From contig CM121341.1 in NCBI GenBank assembly GCA_051530055.1, forward strand, positions 9,402,784 to 9,466,783: DNA of 64,000 nucleotides. The letters run 5' to 3'. The DNA is from Neoechinorhynchus agilis (taxonomy: Eukaryota; Animalia; Acanthocephala). Below the pieces are notes generated by a model. That model worked only from the letters and a program-made list of their open reading frames with translations. It did not search any database and was not told the DNA's origin. How positions within the stretch are numbered: the stretch's first letter is position 1; the number at the start of each line of letters is the position of its first letter. The position numbers were made by a program, and so were the translations under genes. Below, one piece after another: positions 13,353-27,010 of the stretch.

Positions 13353-15144
13353 CAAAGTTGCCATCTGAGTTATAAATTGAGTTTTTGCAGGTTGAGTCAA
13401 AATACGATTTTATAGAACCAACGGAACGAAAAAGTGAATCCGTAGTGAAAAAAATCTCATTTCAATCTAATTTAGTAGTGTAGACCTTAAAACTATGCAG
13501 CTACCAACAAACTCGGGTTTTTCCCCTCGTCCTTCAAATGTTTTGAAAAACAATTGGTCTGTTCAGTATTCAACTTTTGTTTCATGGTTGCAGTTCTTGC
13601 AAAAGAAAAAATCGTGAAATCATTCAAAATTTTTGAACTTCGTTTTTAAATAATCTCAAATTCCGTACACTGCTTAAGATTTCATTTTTCACAACAACAA
13701 AAAAGAACTAACCGAGATTTGAAATTCAATTACATCCTTCACTTTAGACGTTGCTCATTTCCTAGAATGCCTCATGAATGAGTGATCTCTAATTGAAAAC
13801 GTCTATGAAAAGATAGAAAATCATCTAACGTCGAGATTTACTGTAAAACTACTTAAGACGAATGGCTGTCAAGTAGAAGTTTTTGGCAAAGATTTTCCCT
13901 AGAGTCGTTGTTTTTAAATTTCGTGAATTTCACTTTGCCCATTTGTTGTGGCTTATGAATATTACAGGTCCTTATTTTATGCATGAATACATTTACTCTA
14001 TAAACCCAATCAAGCATTCAAAAGAGTCGCTCAAGTTTGCTGTTCGTTCATTAAGCATTGTACTCGTTAAAATATGAGATTGCATGGAGACGTTTGATAC
14101 TCCATTGATAGCATTTTATATCGAATTACTGTTACGCAGTTGCTTTGGAGAAACACTTTAATCGCACTCGTTTCCTATAGTTTCCTCTTGGACTAATTTA
14201 AAGTATTGGTCTCAGAAATTTATAGTCAAATTTCTAAATCTGAAAAATACACTGAGCCGAGAACAGAAGATAAATAATAAAATTATAACACTGTAAATGG
14301 TGGTTTATCTTTAAGACACTTCTTTTTAGCTCTGCTAAAACTTATTCACTTAAATTTGAAGAATATCTTCACCTTTTTAATATATTAAAAGAATTAACTT
14401 GCTTTGCGAGAATGTTTTGCGAACTAGACTTCTAATTGCGAAATTCCTAAGTGATTAATTGCATTATGCGTTTGAAAAGAAACAAATAGATATAATTTCA
14501 TTTTAATCAAATTAAAAATTGTCCTTTTCGTCCCAAGGGTTCCACATTTCACATAAATGTTAGTTATGATGAAAGCAGAGATTTATTTCAGCGTCTCGAA
14601 TTCAAAGCTTGTTATTTGTTCGAAACAATCATAAAGGCAGATCAGTTGGCAAATCTTAATGGTTTCTCTCAAAATCTGAAACGACCATTTTTTAATTCGT
14701 TGTTTCATTTTTTCTTCATAAAATTCAAGCTTGTTAGATCAATTTAGACAATATTCGATACATTTAGGCAATCCACATGAACTGAGGTTATTTATGGCTT
14801 TCTCTATAGGATATAATTTTCGGAACCTTTTATTTTTGCCCTAAACAAAATACTTCTCTCATCAGTAAACGAAAAGCAACGGGTCACTTTCCATTTAAAC
14901 TTTGAAAAAGTCCACATTCTGCTTAAACGAACGCTCAATCGTACCCTTTTGAATGCGCTGCTAAATCTTCTTCAAACAACATGCTGATGGCAAATAGCTT
15001 TGAAATTTTTCTTTTATTAACTCCAAGGCTATTTTTTAATCTTTTAGACTTGGACGGGCAGAACATATTCACTAGCACTAGGATATAATTTATAAGCAAC
15101 AACCTACTTCCTGTTCCAACAATCTTATTTAACCGGCAGCGGTA

Positions 15145-17311
15145 ATGAAGCCATGGAGGGAGGAATATGATCATGTGTGCGATTACACCTCGATTCCCAC
15201 CACTTATGAACAATTGATCAACTTTAACCTTTGCACGATGCTTTCAGTTATTTGTTTGGTGTTTTGTGGGATCAGTACACTCATGGTGATTCTTAATTGT
15301 CTCGTAAATCAAGAAAGATCCAAAAGATACCGAATCCTAACAACCTTCTACTCACATCTGCTTGTGTTCGCAACCGCTGGAATGTACGGATGGTCATTTA
15401 TTTACTCTCTTAGCCATCTCACTCACGTATCACTCACCACTCGATACACTCATCTTTGTCAAATCACTGTATTTCTCAACAATTTTGCTTTTGATGGATA
15501 CACAATGCTCAGTTGTGTGTTCAGTGTGTTCCAGACGACCAGGGTTACACGAAGTCGCTTTGCAAAGAAATTCTTTACCGTCAGGAACACTACAAGAGAT
15601 TGGGTATTCGTCAGGAGGCTAAGAACATGTTTTAAAGGTTCTAAACCAGTTTATTCGATATTTCCTATAATGCTGATACCATTTCAAACGAACCAACGTC
15701 CTTAGATCCCCATTTTTTTAAAACAAACATCAAAACAATACAATGGGAAAATCCTGCGGGATGATAAAACTTAAATTGTAGTGATGATAATCCCTAGCCA
15801 AATATAAGATATTTCCAAAGAAGGAGCCTATCTAGAAAACAATTTACAATGACTGATGAAGCTTCCGCCACTCCAAATACCTCTCGTTAAAATACGCTTT
15901 ATCCAATCGGAGGTGGAGGATTATGATCATCACAATTTTTGGCAAGTTCAATGAAACAAATTACGAATCTGATTAGAACTCCCCGTAAAGTTCAATTACT
16001 CCGTCTATACTTTAATGATAAAAAACATTTGTATTTTAAATTATCGATATGTGATGAGTTACCGGTTTATATGATTAGAGAATTATTGTTTAGAAGTCTT
16101 CACCCGCGGTAAAAAGTTTATTAAAGACGTTTCGAACATTGCCGGGTTCATCATCAATTCTATTGTGCACGTGGTTAAATGAAATCGACGAGGTTCGCAG
16201 AACGTTTTTAATAAAAAAAATATTTATCGGGTGAAGACTTCTAAATACTTGTGTTTACTTTAAGGTTAACGGATTTTTTCCAACTTTTTTCGGTGTAAAG
16301 ATACGACTTGGAGAGTTTGAAGGAATTTTCCGCCGTATTTAATGATTTTATCAATAACTGTCTAAAACAGTCGGCTCTCTAGACTTCTAATTAAACAAAG
16401 AAATGAGGCAGTTTAAAATCAAAGAGAAATATCCCACTTGCTTTCAATTATTATTTTTTGATCTGAAAGCTATATACTCGACTTATTTAGAAAAGTGTCA
16501 CGGGTAATCTAAAAAAAGTATCGATGTGATTGCCTCGAATATGCATTTATCATTTCCTTTCTGAATTCTGGTTTATTACACCCGAAAAAAAGCGAACTAC
16601 ATTAGATCTAAATTTATTAAATCTTATCTAAAAAATTTAAGTGAATAATTTAAAAATCCTAGAATCCAAATACCTCAATAGATGGACTTCCTCAACACGG
16701 ATGCTCAATCGGATAGAATAGTGGTTATTACTATATTCTTGATTTCATTCTTAATGTCAAGTCTAGTGATTCGTCCCTCAGTAATGCGAGTATACGATCG
16801 TAACACCAGTCATTTCAAGGAATACTGCGTTCATACTGTTCTGGAGGACAAGATACCGAGTGATCAACGATTTTGGCAGATTTATCAGATGATTCGGGTA
16901 ATAATGGGCGTCGTGGTTCCAGCTATCCTCTACACAACTTCAATGGTCATCTTCATTAGATATGTAGCTAAACGCAAAATGATTTGCGGATTTCCTTTCA
17001 GGATCAATAATAGCAACTCCGGTCCGACTGAGCGGGACAATGTCGACACTGTTCAATCCTTGAAATACTTTTATATCATTGTGCACCGATCACTCAAGTA
17101 TGCAACGCATATAACCGTTGGAATAGTAGTCGAGATCGTCCCTATTTACTTTCACTATTATATTATGAGGAATCAGGCATGCGCACTCATTCAATTGACT
17201 CTTAGGATGACCAGTATTTTGATGTACATGTCCGTATCGGTCAATATACTATTCAACAAACAAGGGAGAAAAATACTTAAGAAAATCTTTACGAAAAGTA
17301 AAGTAGTGTGA
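15145..17311 (+). CDS. Divergent class-A-like 7TM receptor, two main exons (about 15145-15603 and 16682-17311)
   Basis: Exon 1 has about three hydrophobic helices with an extracellular Cys before TM3 (THLCQITVF). Exon 2 has about four helices, an ECL2 Cys (KEYCV), a TM5 Pro (VVVPAILY) and a helix-8-like FNKQGRKILKKIF. There is an AATAG acceptor before 16682. Splice sites are approximate. Confidence 0.65.
16089..16245. mobile_element. MITE-like foldback element in the receptor intron
   Basis: 18-bp terminal inverted repeat TTTAGAAGTCTTCACCCG / CGGGTGAAGACTTCTAAA plus an inner inverted repeat (TTATTAAAGACGTT / AACGTTTTTAATAA). Confidence 0.6.
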
Positions 17312-17479
17312 CCGATATGTAGGTCGGGTATAATTTAGATTTAACCATTTCAAGAAAAGTACACATTCAACGTGGTTTTATAACCTTCTTAGAATGTAAA
17401 CATCTCCAACATTTTTAGGCACCCCTTCCTCGGCTTTTTAGCTTTTTTTGCTTCTTGGCTTGAAACCACACACTTGGAC

Positions 17480-17879
17480 TCTAAAATCAGAATCAATAGA
17501 ACCAGCTTGTCAGTAAAAACATTAAACGAATTCAACACTCACCTCGAAGTATAAAACTGGCCGAATTTGTACATTACGTAGTTGTGCCGGGGAATCTCTA
17601 TTTAAGTAGGTCAAAGGGTTCAAATTCAACGATCGATGATGGCTCACAAAGAAAAAGGGGACGAAATACTTCGTTGAAGGGAAGAGGAAACTCTCTTTCT
17701 CGGGAGGATCCGAACAGTTTCATACAAAACTCATAACCGTAAGTTTTTGAGAGTCAAAGTGATTTTATGCGCTTCTACGATGTAAAAGATCGGTTGGTTG
17801 GGTGTCCAAAAGAACAAAAGCCGAGTAAGGGATGATCTAAAATCCGAATCAATAGAACCAGCTTGTCAGTAAAAACATT
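17480..17879 (+). repeat. 44-bp direct repeats (17480-17523 and 17836-17879) flanking a SINE copy
   Basis: TCTAAAATC(A/C)GAATCAATAGAACCAGCTTGTCAGTAAAAACATT occurs twice, with one mismatch. Confidence 0.9.
17585..17830 (+). mobile_element. tRNA-derived SINE-like copy, same family as 1259-2063
   Basis: High similarity to the reverse complement of the 332-bp unit, from the B-box (GGGTTCAAATTC) to GGGTGTCCAAAA. Confidence 0.8.
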
Positions 17880-19244
17880 TAAGTAAACATTTCCAATATT
17901 TTTTCATTGCCGTCGATATTAAAATCCAGACTAAATCTAAAGGTTAAAAATCCCTAACCATAAATTCCAATAAGGTTCAAAGATTTGAGATCATCCCACG
18001 GTTATTACTGGATTATTTGTGTAAATACCAGAATACCGTAAGTGTGTTCTTGAGTGTTCAAAATTGCTCCACGACAAGAAATCTATTCTGATTTGTATCT
18101 AACCATATTGTGTGATTCTAAAAATTTGTAGCAATTTGCTTGTAAAGCTCCTCAATTTCTTAGCAAAAAGGTTCTTATATTATGTAAATTCACGGACCGC
18201 AACATTCGCTATCCACGATGAATTTAGGAGTCAATTTTTTAAACTGTTCCGTTTAGTAAGGTTTACTATCGATTTATTACAACGTTACACATTCGTCCTA
18301 AAACATCCGATTTGTTATCGTGTTTAAAAAAGAATCACTGTGTGTGTATCTTTTTTATCAACAAAAAAAGGAAAAGGTTGTGAATCGATTTTATTAATAC
18401 TGTCGCGTTGAACCAAATTTCATTCTCGATCAGCAACTATGGTGAGTCGCTTTTAGGACAAACCGATACCTATAACGGTCAATGATGAGCTTCGCTTTAT
18501 AGTTTTCGATCAGAACCAAAATAAATTGAAAAAACAAAAAATCCAAACTTCAGTTTACAATTTCATCGATATGCTAAATATTTCCACGCAAAAAAATTGT
18601 TCGTCGTTTTCACATCCGCGACTATTACCCCAAAATAGTATACTAGAATAAAATCTACAACTTGTCTTCTAAATAAATATTCATTTGTACTTAAATGAAT
18701 TTTTGTTGACTGATGTTACGATAATCCTTTTTTGTCGTGCTAAAAGTAAACATTACTTTAACTCCCGTAAAGCACAATTCATTTCAGTAACGATAAAATG
18801 CCAGTCGATACTTTGGAATCAAGTAATTCTTAACCATTGCGAGGATTAGAAACTAAAGAATGGAAGGCAACAAAATGCGTTCCACGATGCCGCAAATGTT
18901 CCTTGATTTGTCCATGCACAATAAAATAATACTGTATAACTTTCTTTACAATAGGATTTTTGTATTCAAATTTTTGAGGGCTTTTAATACACGTCAAATT
19001 TTAATTACATACTCAATGTTATGGAGTAAAATTTTATTTTTTGGTGAGTCATAATACATATTTTGTTGGATTTTCTCATTTTTTGCCTGATAATAAACGT
19101 TAATTTTTACACCCTTAGAATCCACATTCCAGGAGCTATCGATACAAATTAGATTTGTCCAATTAGGACTCGTATTTCTCGAGATGGTTGTTTTTCACGC
19201 TATTACGCGATTTGTTTTTGAACTAACATAAGCTCGACTATGAG

Positions 19245-19252
19245 TATAAATA
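19245..19252 (+). promoter_or_regulatory. TATA box candidate
   Basis: TATAAATA lies about 50 nt upstream of the ATG at 19296. Confidence 0.45.
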
Positions 19253-19295
19253 GACCCGGGTCGGGACGAGAGCGCAAACATTTTAACTAACCTCA

Positions 19296-20545
19296 ATGCA
19301 AACTGATGGGCTGGACAGAAATCTCGCTTGCGTACCATACCAACCACAACCGAATACCGAATGGGGAGCAAATGTCACATTAGCCTTGCAGGGGCATCCG
19401 GATAAGTTGTACTTCAATGGTGAATCCATCAAGTTTGATGCCAATATGTCTGTCTACGAGAAGAAAATCGACGTGAAAAGTGTGAGTATTGAGCTAATTG
19501 GTGAGGTTAAAATTAGACGAATGAGGTAAAGCCACTGATGATCAGGTTTAAATAGGCAGGCAGTTTGAAATGCTTCTTATAAAATTCTATGCATTCATGT
19601 TAGGCTTTCGTTTAAAGTATGGAAACACTCTAAGCTTTAGTTTACTAAATATTCTAAAGGAGAAATACTTGGATTTTTTTTAGAAACAAATGTCCTTTTA
19701 AACCGATCATCAGCAATCACTGTTTTCAATGTCGAACACTGTGCGTTTCGTGCGCATTTCGAAGATGTTACCAACTCCTGATAAGTCCTTACAGAACACT
19801 ACACTTAATTTAAAGGGTTCATTGAATATTCCATCGTATGTGCCATCGACTATCGGCCACGAAAATGAAAAAGAAGCCGTGTTCGTACTCCGATACTTCG
19901 CTAAGATCATTATAGTGATCCAATTTGACAGCAATCGCCTTTTTCGTTTCAACGGTCATGCTACAAGGCGTATTAGTGCAACCCAAGAAATAAGAATTTA
20001 TCCGAGAATACGATCCAACGACATACCTGTTCTTTATCACAACCCTGAGGAAATATGGATAATAAATGAATCATTGATTCTTCTTATCGGTCAAATGAAT
20101 CAAAACATTAATCCGTATGGCATCATAACTGTTCCGTTTGAGGTGCCTGGTCATAAGAAGTGTTTTCCAGTGATGTTAAAAATCGTTCAATTGGTTGAAA
20201 TAAAAGCTAAGAATCCGGATCGTCAGTCGAAAAAGTATGAAAATGAGATAGCGGCTTTCACAATAATTCCTGGGAGTCTTTACAAAACGAAAGGAATTTT
20301 TGTAAAGCCAGGTACAGACAATGTTTGTCGATCTAGGAAATTCTGGAGGTAAGCGCAGAACAATAAGATTTAGGAGACCAATGGGTATTATAAGCCCGAC
20401 TTGTGAATGGAGTTTCTACCACAATAGTGATACTGTTATGCTGTCCGCTGGTTATGCTCTCGTTATTCAGACTAGCTGTCCTGATTTTAGTGTTCAGGTT
20501 CCACTTTTCATGACTAACGAAGGCTCTATCAGTGCGTGGAGATAG
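19296..20545 (+). CDS. Multi-exon orphan gene, no recognisable domain
   Basis: Three coding blocks: 19296 to about 19483 ending at a GTGAGT donor, about 19700-20348, and 20374-20545. A 25-nt GTAAGC..TTTAG intron (20349-20373) joins the last two in frame. Confidence 0.55.
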
Positions 20546-21244
20546 AGCCACGCACAGGAAATAAAAAAGGAATCATTTATTTTCGTCGTTTGTGTGGGAT
20601 TGCGGGGATTTTCCATATTAGCGATAATAGCTTGCAAACTTATGCACAAAACCAAAATTCTTATCATAATTTAATTGGTGGTTTGAGCACGCGATGAAAT
20701 GACTTTTTGCAGCTATGCATAGGATTCGCTATTTCCGCCACTCGAATTCGCATTTAGTCCATCCTTACCATTCGAATTTTTGATTTAAATCTACCATTTG
20801 TCACAATGTTTGCATTTTAGTTTTACTCCGTTAAAAGCGTGCATTCCTTATATTTATTTTTTCCATTCGTAAGACCATCAGAAGTAAATAGTTGTTTAGA
20901 AAAACGAATGTTTGAACGGTCCGGAGAAAAACAAAAGATTAATATTGTATTTTTCAAACAGAATTGTTTCAGATATAAAGATTAACTGGTCTCCAGTTGT
21001 TATAAAAAGACGCAGGAGCAAATGTCGACATGAATGTCATAGCTCATGAAACCATGAGAAAATATATTTTTATAGTAAAGGAAAATTAGTGGTATAAGTA
21101 AACTTGTGATGTACCAAAAAAAGTGAGCAAAACAATACAGTTTTCAGTCAATTATTCCAAGTAAATATAAAGTTGAATAAGAAATCTCCACCATTCATTT
21201 CCAATTAAACGTCTATGTGTTTATTTTTTTCGAACAAGAATAAA

Positions 21245-21436
21245 TTATCGATTTTCCTTAACATTGTTTTCAACAATATCTAATATGGGAGGTCTTTCAA
21301 CAATATCCGTCCAGCAATTTGGCACATTCCGGATTTTGATTTTGAGTATGCATAAGCAAAGGAGGTATAGTAGAATTACGAGCAAAGAAAAAGCCAACAA
21401 TGAGAGAACTATAATTAAAGAAATCTTTAACATCAT
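21245..21436 (-). CDS. Possible small single-pass membrane protein
   Basis: 63-aa ATG ORF with one long hydrophobic stretch followed by Cys and basic residues; could be a chance ORF in AT-rich DNA. Confidence 0.25.
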   Translation of the reverse strand: MMLKISLIIVLSLLAFSLLVILLYLLCLCILKIKIRNVPNCWTDIVERPPILDIVENNVKENR

Positions 21437-22442
21437 TGAGAATTGACGTCTTCGTCTCTAGAAACTCCTTTTTTAGTAGCAAACGTTTGTCGTAAGTGAC
21501 GGTGCCAAAGCAGTAGTTTGTTGTGTGAATATTTAAAGTTTCAATTAAACTGATTCCAAGGTTACGACGATATCTACTTTTTTGTGTCTATCAAGATCTT
21601 GGTTGTTGATATGTTTGCCGAATGGTACTTGGGGTACTTCAGAATTTCCTGATTTGGGAATTGAATGGATTATGGCGGGAAAATAAGTAGATTCAAGGTC
21701 GATATACGAACGATTTAAGGGTCTAATGTCTAGAAAAGAGCGTGTGTTTTTAATATTTGCCCCACTTCGATTACATTAGTTCTCGTTTGGCGTAATCGAG
21801 CACGCGACAAAATCCGTAGTTAGGTATCACTATTCTCCTAGCATCAACTAAGCATAATTTCGGTCTGACTTTTGAAAAACGACGGCGTTGGTAACATTAT
21901 TATGATAGTGCTTGAAGTGTTCTCATTGGATGACTCCAAAAAAACATCTAATTAGTCGTAAATTTCGGTGATTCGTCGACCTAAGTTTTGAGAATTACCT
22001 ACTAGAAAGGTGTTTTATCAAGATTAATAACTAATTTCTTTTTTCAATACAATTCTAGTTTATGACGGTGAAAAATTGAAGGAATTTATTAAATCCGAAC
22101 GCCGAACACAAAATCGATTTAGTTCAATCTTCAAATAAATAAAATCTTAGAACTATTTATTCCAAACAAAACTATTCGCTCCTATAAAAAATCGCTCGTT
22201 AATAAGAAAATTTGTAACTTAAAATACGTCTACTAATGATCAGTGATTCGTTAAGTTTCATGCGCAACGACAAAACTAATCCATTAGTACAATTGGAAAC
22301 AACATATTTTCGTAACTATTTGTCGTGAAGTGAGTTGAAACTAACTGGAGTTACGTCAAATGTATAAACACTCAAAGCTTTTGAAAAAGTTTCTAGTCGT
22401 AGAAATGCGAATACTCGTAACTTATGTTTGTCAAGAGACACT

Positions 22443-22529
22443 GCCGCTGTGTCCTCTGGTGGTCCAGGGTGCAGGCTTCAAACCTGTAACGGTTCATCGA
22501 CCGTGTGGTTCAATTCCACCTCGGCGGCG
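22443..22529 (+). tRNA. trsp: Selenocysteine tRNA, anticodon TCA
   Basis: 87 nt folding as a eukaryotic 9/4 tRNA-Sec: acceptor stem GCCGCTGTG/CTCGGCGGC with the U-U pair, 6-bp D-stem with a TGGT loop, anticodon loop CTTCAAA, 6-bp variable arm, T-arm GTGG-TTCAATT-CCAC and discriminator G. A T4 run follows at 22548-22551. Confidence 0.97.
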
Positions 22530-25009
22530 GTTGATTTCCAGGGCACATTTTCATCGGTCACGACATTAAAATAGTACGTTAAGCAGAAATTCAACAAGTT
22601 TAGTCCATTATTTTTCCTATTTTGTCTGGTATTTCTTTTTATGATTTCAGAGCATCCTAGAGGAGTAATAGGAACTAATAAAACGTTCTCCATTTACGCA
22701 ATTACTTCATATTCACCCATATCTCACAATTCAACTTTTGCTCTTTGAAATCATCATAGTTCGCGCCTCATCCTAAAAATTATTAAAAATTCTCACAAGA
22801 TGATTCGTCCATACTCCGTAATTTTAGAGGATTGTAGCACTTGTTATTCGTTTATAAGAAATAAAATTCTTGGCAAACATATCAACTACCTTAGATCGGC
22901 TTTTTCGCTTTGTTTTCGTGTACCAACGAATCACTTGAAAAATGGTGTGCGTTTTTCGTTTGAGTAAGTTTATATTACCGATAAGATTCTTAGGAGAATT
23001 TGAGTGGATTATTCGGCAGCGAAACTAATGTAATATTGTAGAATTTCAATATTTATCTCCAATTTCAGTCAACACAATCTTTCATTTTTATGTCCATTGG
23101 CTCTTTAGTGCCAGTCTTGGAATTCGTTTAACCATTAGTTAACCGCTAAGCTGGAACAATCCCGTGAAATATTTTTTGTATTAGAAAATTCAATTTTGGT
23201 TTTCAATGCTTTTTGAAGTTGCCATTTTTTAGATCCGTTGTAAATGTTTTGATCAACGAATGTTGCCTTTAAATCAATTTATTGAATTAATGTTGAGGAT
23301 ATGAAGGGAAACCGATTCGCAGATCCTGGCACTAGTGATATTGACAAAAATGCAGGTACCAATTTAAATTTTTAAAGATTCTGAATTTATTTCTTATGAA
23401 TTTCTAAAGTCGATTTGGGGAAGTGGTATCGATGAATTCGAGATTTACTGACAATGTTAAACACTATTTCGAGGGAATGAGACACCATTGGGGGGAATTC
23501 TAACTTACATTGCTACAGAAAAATCAGTAGTGCTGTTTTTAACAACTACAAACATTCACCTGATGCAAATAGTGTTTCTTCTATTTTTAGTCATTATTAA
23601 ACAACTTCAACCTATATAGTGAAAATGGCTATCAATTCTGCTCTAAGGTTTTTTGCTGACTACTACTTTTCTGCTTAATTTAAAGAATATGATCCAAGTT
23701 TCGAAATTTAATAAAAATTAGTCACTTTGCACGTTCAGACGCCAACCTCCATTTGTTTGAATACATCTATGAGTGGAACGTGATGATTCAAGGTAGTCAA
23801 GCGAGCTTCCTTCCCACCAATCTATACGTGGCAAACTTTACTTTGAGAAAAGATCCTTGTATAAAACTCGTTTCCTCTTTCTATCAAGCTTAGGTAAAGC
23901 GTTGTTGAACCTGTTATTATCTTCAATCGCTCATTAAAAAATTAAATATTTCATGTAAAAAACTCACGAAAAATAGTTTTTAGAATTCACCAAATATTTA
24001 CAATGCGAAAACGCCACAAAAATAGAAGGTAATAATTATCCACATAGGGCTTTTATCAAATAATAAAAATTTGATTAAAAAATACGACAAAATAGACAAT
24101 TTTTCCAGGAATATGATTTTTGTTCATTTAGAATATGAAAATCCCTAGCCAGAATCGCGTTTATTCCTGTGGACAAGGGCGATTATAAAAAGAAACTTTG
24201 GAGTAATTCGGTTTAGTTAAGAAAGCGATAGACTAAAGGGTTCTTTGAATATTTTAGTGACAAGAAATGCTTAGATCATGTGATGGCTTACACTCCAAAT
24301 TACTTTGGAATTCGCCGGTTTCTCTCTTAAATAACTAAGGAACTTAAACGCGGTACGTTTTATTAGTACCGAGTGAAGTTTTTACTCTCAAAATATCTGA
24401 AAAAGCACGCAACGAAATTCGTTCAGCAACTTGAGTGATTGCGATTTACCCGTCATCTTTTAAGAAACAATTCATGAACTCCGTTCTCCGAAAAAATTCC
24501 AAGGGAACCGAACCTACAAATGAAACTCCGCAACAGCCCATAAAAATTAATGTTGAAGATTTAACCAACAACAGAAGTTGCGGGAGATGTTCGCAAAGCG
24601 CTTAACTTCTAATGTTGAATACTTAGGCGTTTACAGCCAATATTTAAATGGTTAAAACAAAGGAGGAGAGACGCTAGTCGCTTAGCACAGTTCTTACTTT
24701 ATGAGGACAACGTCTATTCTTATACACTTTTACAAACCTTCAGGACCTTAAGCTTCTTATTTTATCTCATTGTTAAATTTCCAATGATGCTATTAACCAG
24801 ATACACATACACGGCAGTAGGAAAGGCGATGGAGAACTTCATGAAAAATTTATGATGAATTACTGAATTAGAAAATAGCGATTTTTTAACTTGTGAGTGA
24901 AAATGCACTTGTAGGAATAACAAAAAATTATAGCAGTTGATAAATTAATTTTTTACACAGGAATATTGTGCGAGAGTTCTGCATAGGAACGTTCTGAAGA
25001 GAATCCCAA

Positions 25010-27010
25010 GGGGCGCACTCAGAGTTGTCGTGGATGCGTCTCTTTGCGGAATAGCGTTTTCCGCGGGTGATGTTTTTGAGAAATCTCTGACCACAAAAAT
25101 AAAAGAGCGAATAAGTTCTGTTGACGAAAATTTTACTCAATGCCTTTCAGCAGCATGGAGCTACGTAAGGAGCGTGCCCAGAAAGTTAACCCCCACCGAA
25201 ACTCAAATCGGTCGCTTGCTGGAAGCGTTTCTTCGAAGCTCGGAGACAGAGATGTCAGAGGAGCAGTTCGTTTTTATCATCAATGGACAGTCTCCCCAAA
25301 GATAACGAAGAAACTTTACGAACTCTTCATTCCAAACATCCGAGTGACGGCGGTCGGCAGTTTTCGTGGAATCCTCCTTATCATCGAAATCAGAAGTGAA
25401 GATGGCAATAGGAATCGCTGCCCAGGTCCCTCGAAGATGCATTGGCACGTCGACCAATTTGCATGGTGAGACTTGATTCCGAAAGCAATGGAGCTACTTT
25501 TCGGCGCATCTTTGTGTGCCCTCGCGAAAAAGTAAAGTGGAATTCGTCCCATTGCACTTGGAACAACTCTGCGACGCTTAACGGCAAAAATTTTAAATGA
25601 ATCACGGAAAAAGTGGCGATGCTGCTTCATCCTACCCAGTTAGGCTGCCGTACTCCTTGTGGCGCAGAGGTGATTGTTCATTCACTCCGCACTTTCATCA
25701 CCGGAAACTCAAAGCCGTGCGTGATCTTGAAATGTGATTTCAAAATGAGATCACGCACGAGAAGCATTTTGCTATTTCGTTAATGCCTAATGGGATTTCA
25801 ACTCCTTTGTTGTTCAATAACCACATTTTGTGGTATGAAAGCTAAGTTCAACAAGGGGATCCTTTGGGCCTTCTCACTCGCAGTCAATCCCGCCGTGCAC
25901 TCTCTATAGTCGAGCTTTAAAGACTGAAATTCTGATGATGCCACGCTGGGAGGAAACCCCCTGTTGTAAACTCGTGAAGGAGACGGCGAAAATGGCATTG
26001 AATTGAATGCTGAAAAATGCGAGATTTTAATGATGAACGTGGATTCAGAACGTGGCCCCGGGATAGAATTGATCACTTTAGACCGGTTCAATCTTCTAAA
26101 AAGCTGCATTTTTGGTTCTAATGTTAAACCAGAGATTGCCAATCTTCAACCGTAACTTTGGGTACTGTGTGAACGAGTTGATGAATTATCTTCACATGAG
26201 GATCTGTTCCTGATCAAGAACACCCTCTTCATTCCAAAACTGATGTATAAACTCCGCACAGCACCTATTTTATACATAAGGATAAGCTGGCAAAATTAGA
26301 CGAGAAGGTGAAAGACTCTCTCGGGGAATTTTAAATACTCAGCTGTCGGACGAAGCTTGGCGTCAAGCGTCCTTGCCTGTGTCGTCCGGCGGTTATGGTA
26401 TCCGAAAAGCAGCCGATATTTCTCAGCTTATTTGGGATCGTTTGAAGCAATCCGCAAAATAATTAAATCCGTTCTCGGCGAGAATTACACTTTGGATGAA
26501 GATTTCGTTGAGGCGCTTAATTTTTGGTGTTGATATTCAGACAGCGAGCGGGTAAACCCGTCAATGGTTGCAAACAATCAGTTTAACACTCGCGGCTGGT
26601 AGCGAGAATTCATAACTCTTTAATTTCAGATTCTCGTGACCTAGTGAACCGAACTCGATTGGCGGCAGTCTCAACAAGAGAATCGGGTGCTTGGCTCAAT
26701 GCTATCCGAATCGGTTGTTTTCTGGCGTCGAAATTAAAATTATTTTGATTACTACGCCAGAAAACAACTTATATGAACAATTCAATTTTCAAGCTATCCC
26801 AATCGCTTTTTGTCGGTGCGGCGCAGGACCTGGTCAAGCAATTGTCCAAGAGATTGAGACGAATCACTGGCGATCTTAGATCAGGAGCATTCCTCCTACA
26901 AAACATAAGTCCAACTCTGCAACGAGGGAACGCTACATCCGTCCTCTCGACCGTTACACCGGGACGGCAGCTGAGTGATCCAGAAAGGCGGTGGTGTGAT
27001 ACATTTCATG
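25010..27010 (+). mobile_element. Degenerate CRE-clade retrotransposon
   Basis: Broken frames give KLGDRDVRGAVR, FGASLCALAKK, GIRPIALGTTLRRL and the terminal QNISPTLQRGNATSVLST; many stops and indels. Confidence 0.85.
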
